NCBI GenBank assembly: GCA_039028155.1
Contig: JBCCIS010000006.1
Location: 10,225-74,224 of the forward strand
From: Pseudomonadota bacterium
Lineage (GTDB): Bacteria; Pseudomonadota; Alphaproteobacteria; SP197
Length of the DNA stretch: 64,000 bases
Direction: 5' to 3'
Shown here: positions 63,384-64,000 of the stretch, one piece after another
How the letters are laid out: the number at the start of each line of letters is the position of its first letter
Numbering within the stretch: position 1 is the stretch's first letter
The notes under the pieces: generated by a model
The model's input: the letters and a program-made list of their open reading frames with translations, nothing else
What the model was told of the DNA's origin: nothing
Databases searched by the model: none
Program-made: the position numbers and the translations under genes

Positions 63384-64000
63384 ATGGCGATCTCGGAACA
63401 GAAGAAAGCGGCGCTCGATTGGGTTGACGACAACCGTCAGACCTTGTCGGACTGGCATACGACGATCTGGGATCTGCACGAGCCCGCGTGGCGCGAGTAC
63501 AAGTCGGCGGCCTGGTATGTCGACCGGCTGCGCCAGGAAGGCTTCGAGGTCGAGGAGGGGTCCGGCGGCATGCCGACGGCTTTCTGTGCGACGTGGCAGA
63601 ACGGCGACGGCCCGACCATCGGTTCCTATGCGGAGTACGACGCGGTGCCCGGTAACTGTCAGGACCGCGTGCCCTACCAGAAACCGCGCGATGGCATGCA
63701 TCGCGCCGCCGCTGGCCATACCGATCCCCATTCAGCCCTCGGCATGGCGGCGCTGGGTGGCATTCTGGCGGCCAAGGCCTCAATGGAGAGCTACGACATC
63801 AAGGGCCGGTTGAAGTTCATGGGCGAGCCGGCGGAGAAGGTCTGCGGCTCGAAGCCCGTGCATGCCGCCAAAGGTTACTACGACGACATGGATGCCGCCA
63901 TTTCGTTTCATCCCTCTTACGGCACGCTGCGCGCCAACACGGCGATCTGGGACACCCATTGCGGCAGCTATTGGAGCTGCATCTACACATTCGAATGCGA
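63384..64000 (+). CDS. M20-family amidohydrolase (AbgB-like), 3' end outside the window
   Basis: This ORF is not in the track because it has no stop inside the window. My translation from the ATG at 63384 (GGGAGGA upstream): MAISEQKKAALDWVDDNRQTLSDWHTTIWDLHEPAWREYKSAAWYVDRLRQEGFEVEEGSGGMPTAFCATW...AEYDAVPG. Confidence 0.7.
   Translation, partial: MAISEQKKAALDWVDDNRQTLSDWHTTIWDLHEPAWREYKSAAWYVDRLRQEGFEVEEGSGGMPTAFCATWQNGDGPTIGSYAEYDAVPGNCQDRVPYQKPRDGMHRAAAGHTDPHSALGMAALGGILAAKASMESYDIKGRLKFMGEPAEKVCGSKPVHAAKGYYDDMDAAISFHPSYGTLRANTAIWDTHCGSYWSCIYTFEC

Noticed and set aside
1-64000. CRISPR arrays, rRNA genes, IS elements/transposases, retron-type reverse transcriptases
   Set aside because: I found no regularly spaced direct repeats, no rRNA-like sequence, and no DDE/HUH transposase or RT motifs in any listed ORF.

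Overview
This is a high-GC chromosomal segment. My hand counts of 60-nt stretches in core genes give about 65-68% G+C. Gene content looks alphaproteobacterial, but that is inference only. All family calls come from reading the ORF translations by eye; no searches were run.

Block 1 (1-4010): an MmgE/PrpD fragment and a tungsten-type aldehyde:ferredoxin oxidoreductase cluster (AOR, 4Fe-4S protein, MoaD-like GG-terminal carrier).

Block 2 (4049-21393): a ~17.3-kb integrative element inserted in the anticodon-loop region of a tRNA-Arg(CCT) gene.
- The host tRNA is left as a 5' piece (21377-21415) and a 3' piece (4011-4065), bounded by a 17-bp direct repeat.
- The element carries its own intact tRNA-Arg(CCT) at 5966-6042.
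- Its backbone is a tyrosine integrase, two excisionase/AlpA-type HTH genes, a P4-type primase/helicase, a lone small-terminase-like gene, decayed head-module genes and an ImmR/ImmA-type switch.
- Its cargo, partly lower in GC, is an Eco29kI-like R-M plus Vsr, an XRE + PD-(D/E)XK-like pair, a YaaC-like gene, a HEPN-like gene, and a 389-aa unknown behind an array of GTCAYGTGAC palindromes.

Block 3 (21.5-64 kb):
- BioY, a BTAD/TPR regulator, two tandem DAACS-transporter::SBP fusion paralogues and an ECF sigma factor.
- A ~2.8-kb lower-GC cassette: a membrane protein, a signal-less S8 protease with a pro-kumamolisin-like prodomain, and a free prodomain-like protein.
- A large catabolic cluster: creatinase with a Pot-type ABC importer, three more M24 paralogues, four Rieske oxygenase alpha subunits, two amidases, a two-domain PPK2, LysE, an RraA-like protein, a 2OG oxygenase and an NCS2 permease.

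I saw no rRNA, CRISPR array or transposase. The best candidates for something new are the tRNA-splitting satellite-like island with its cargo, and the S8 protease cassette.
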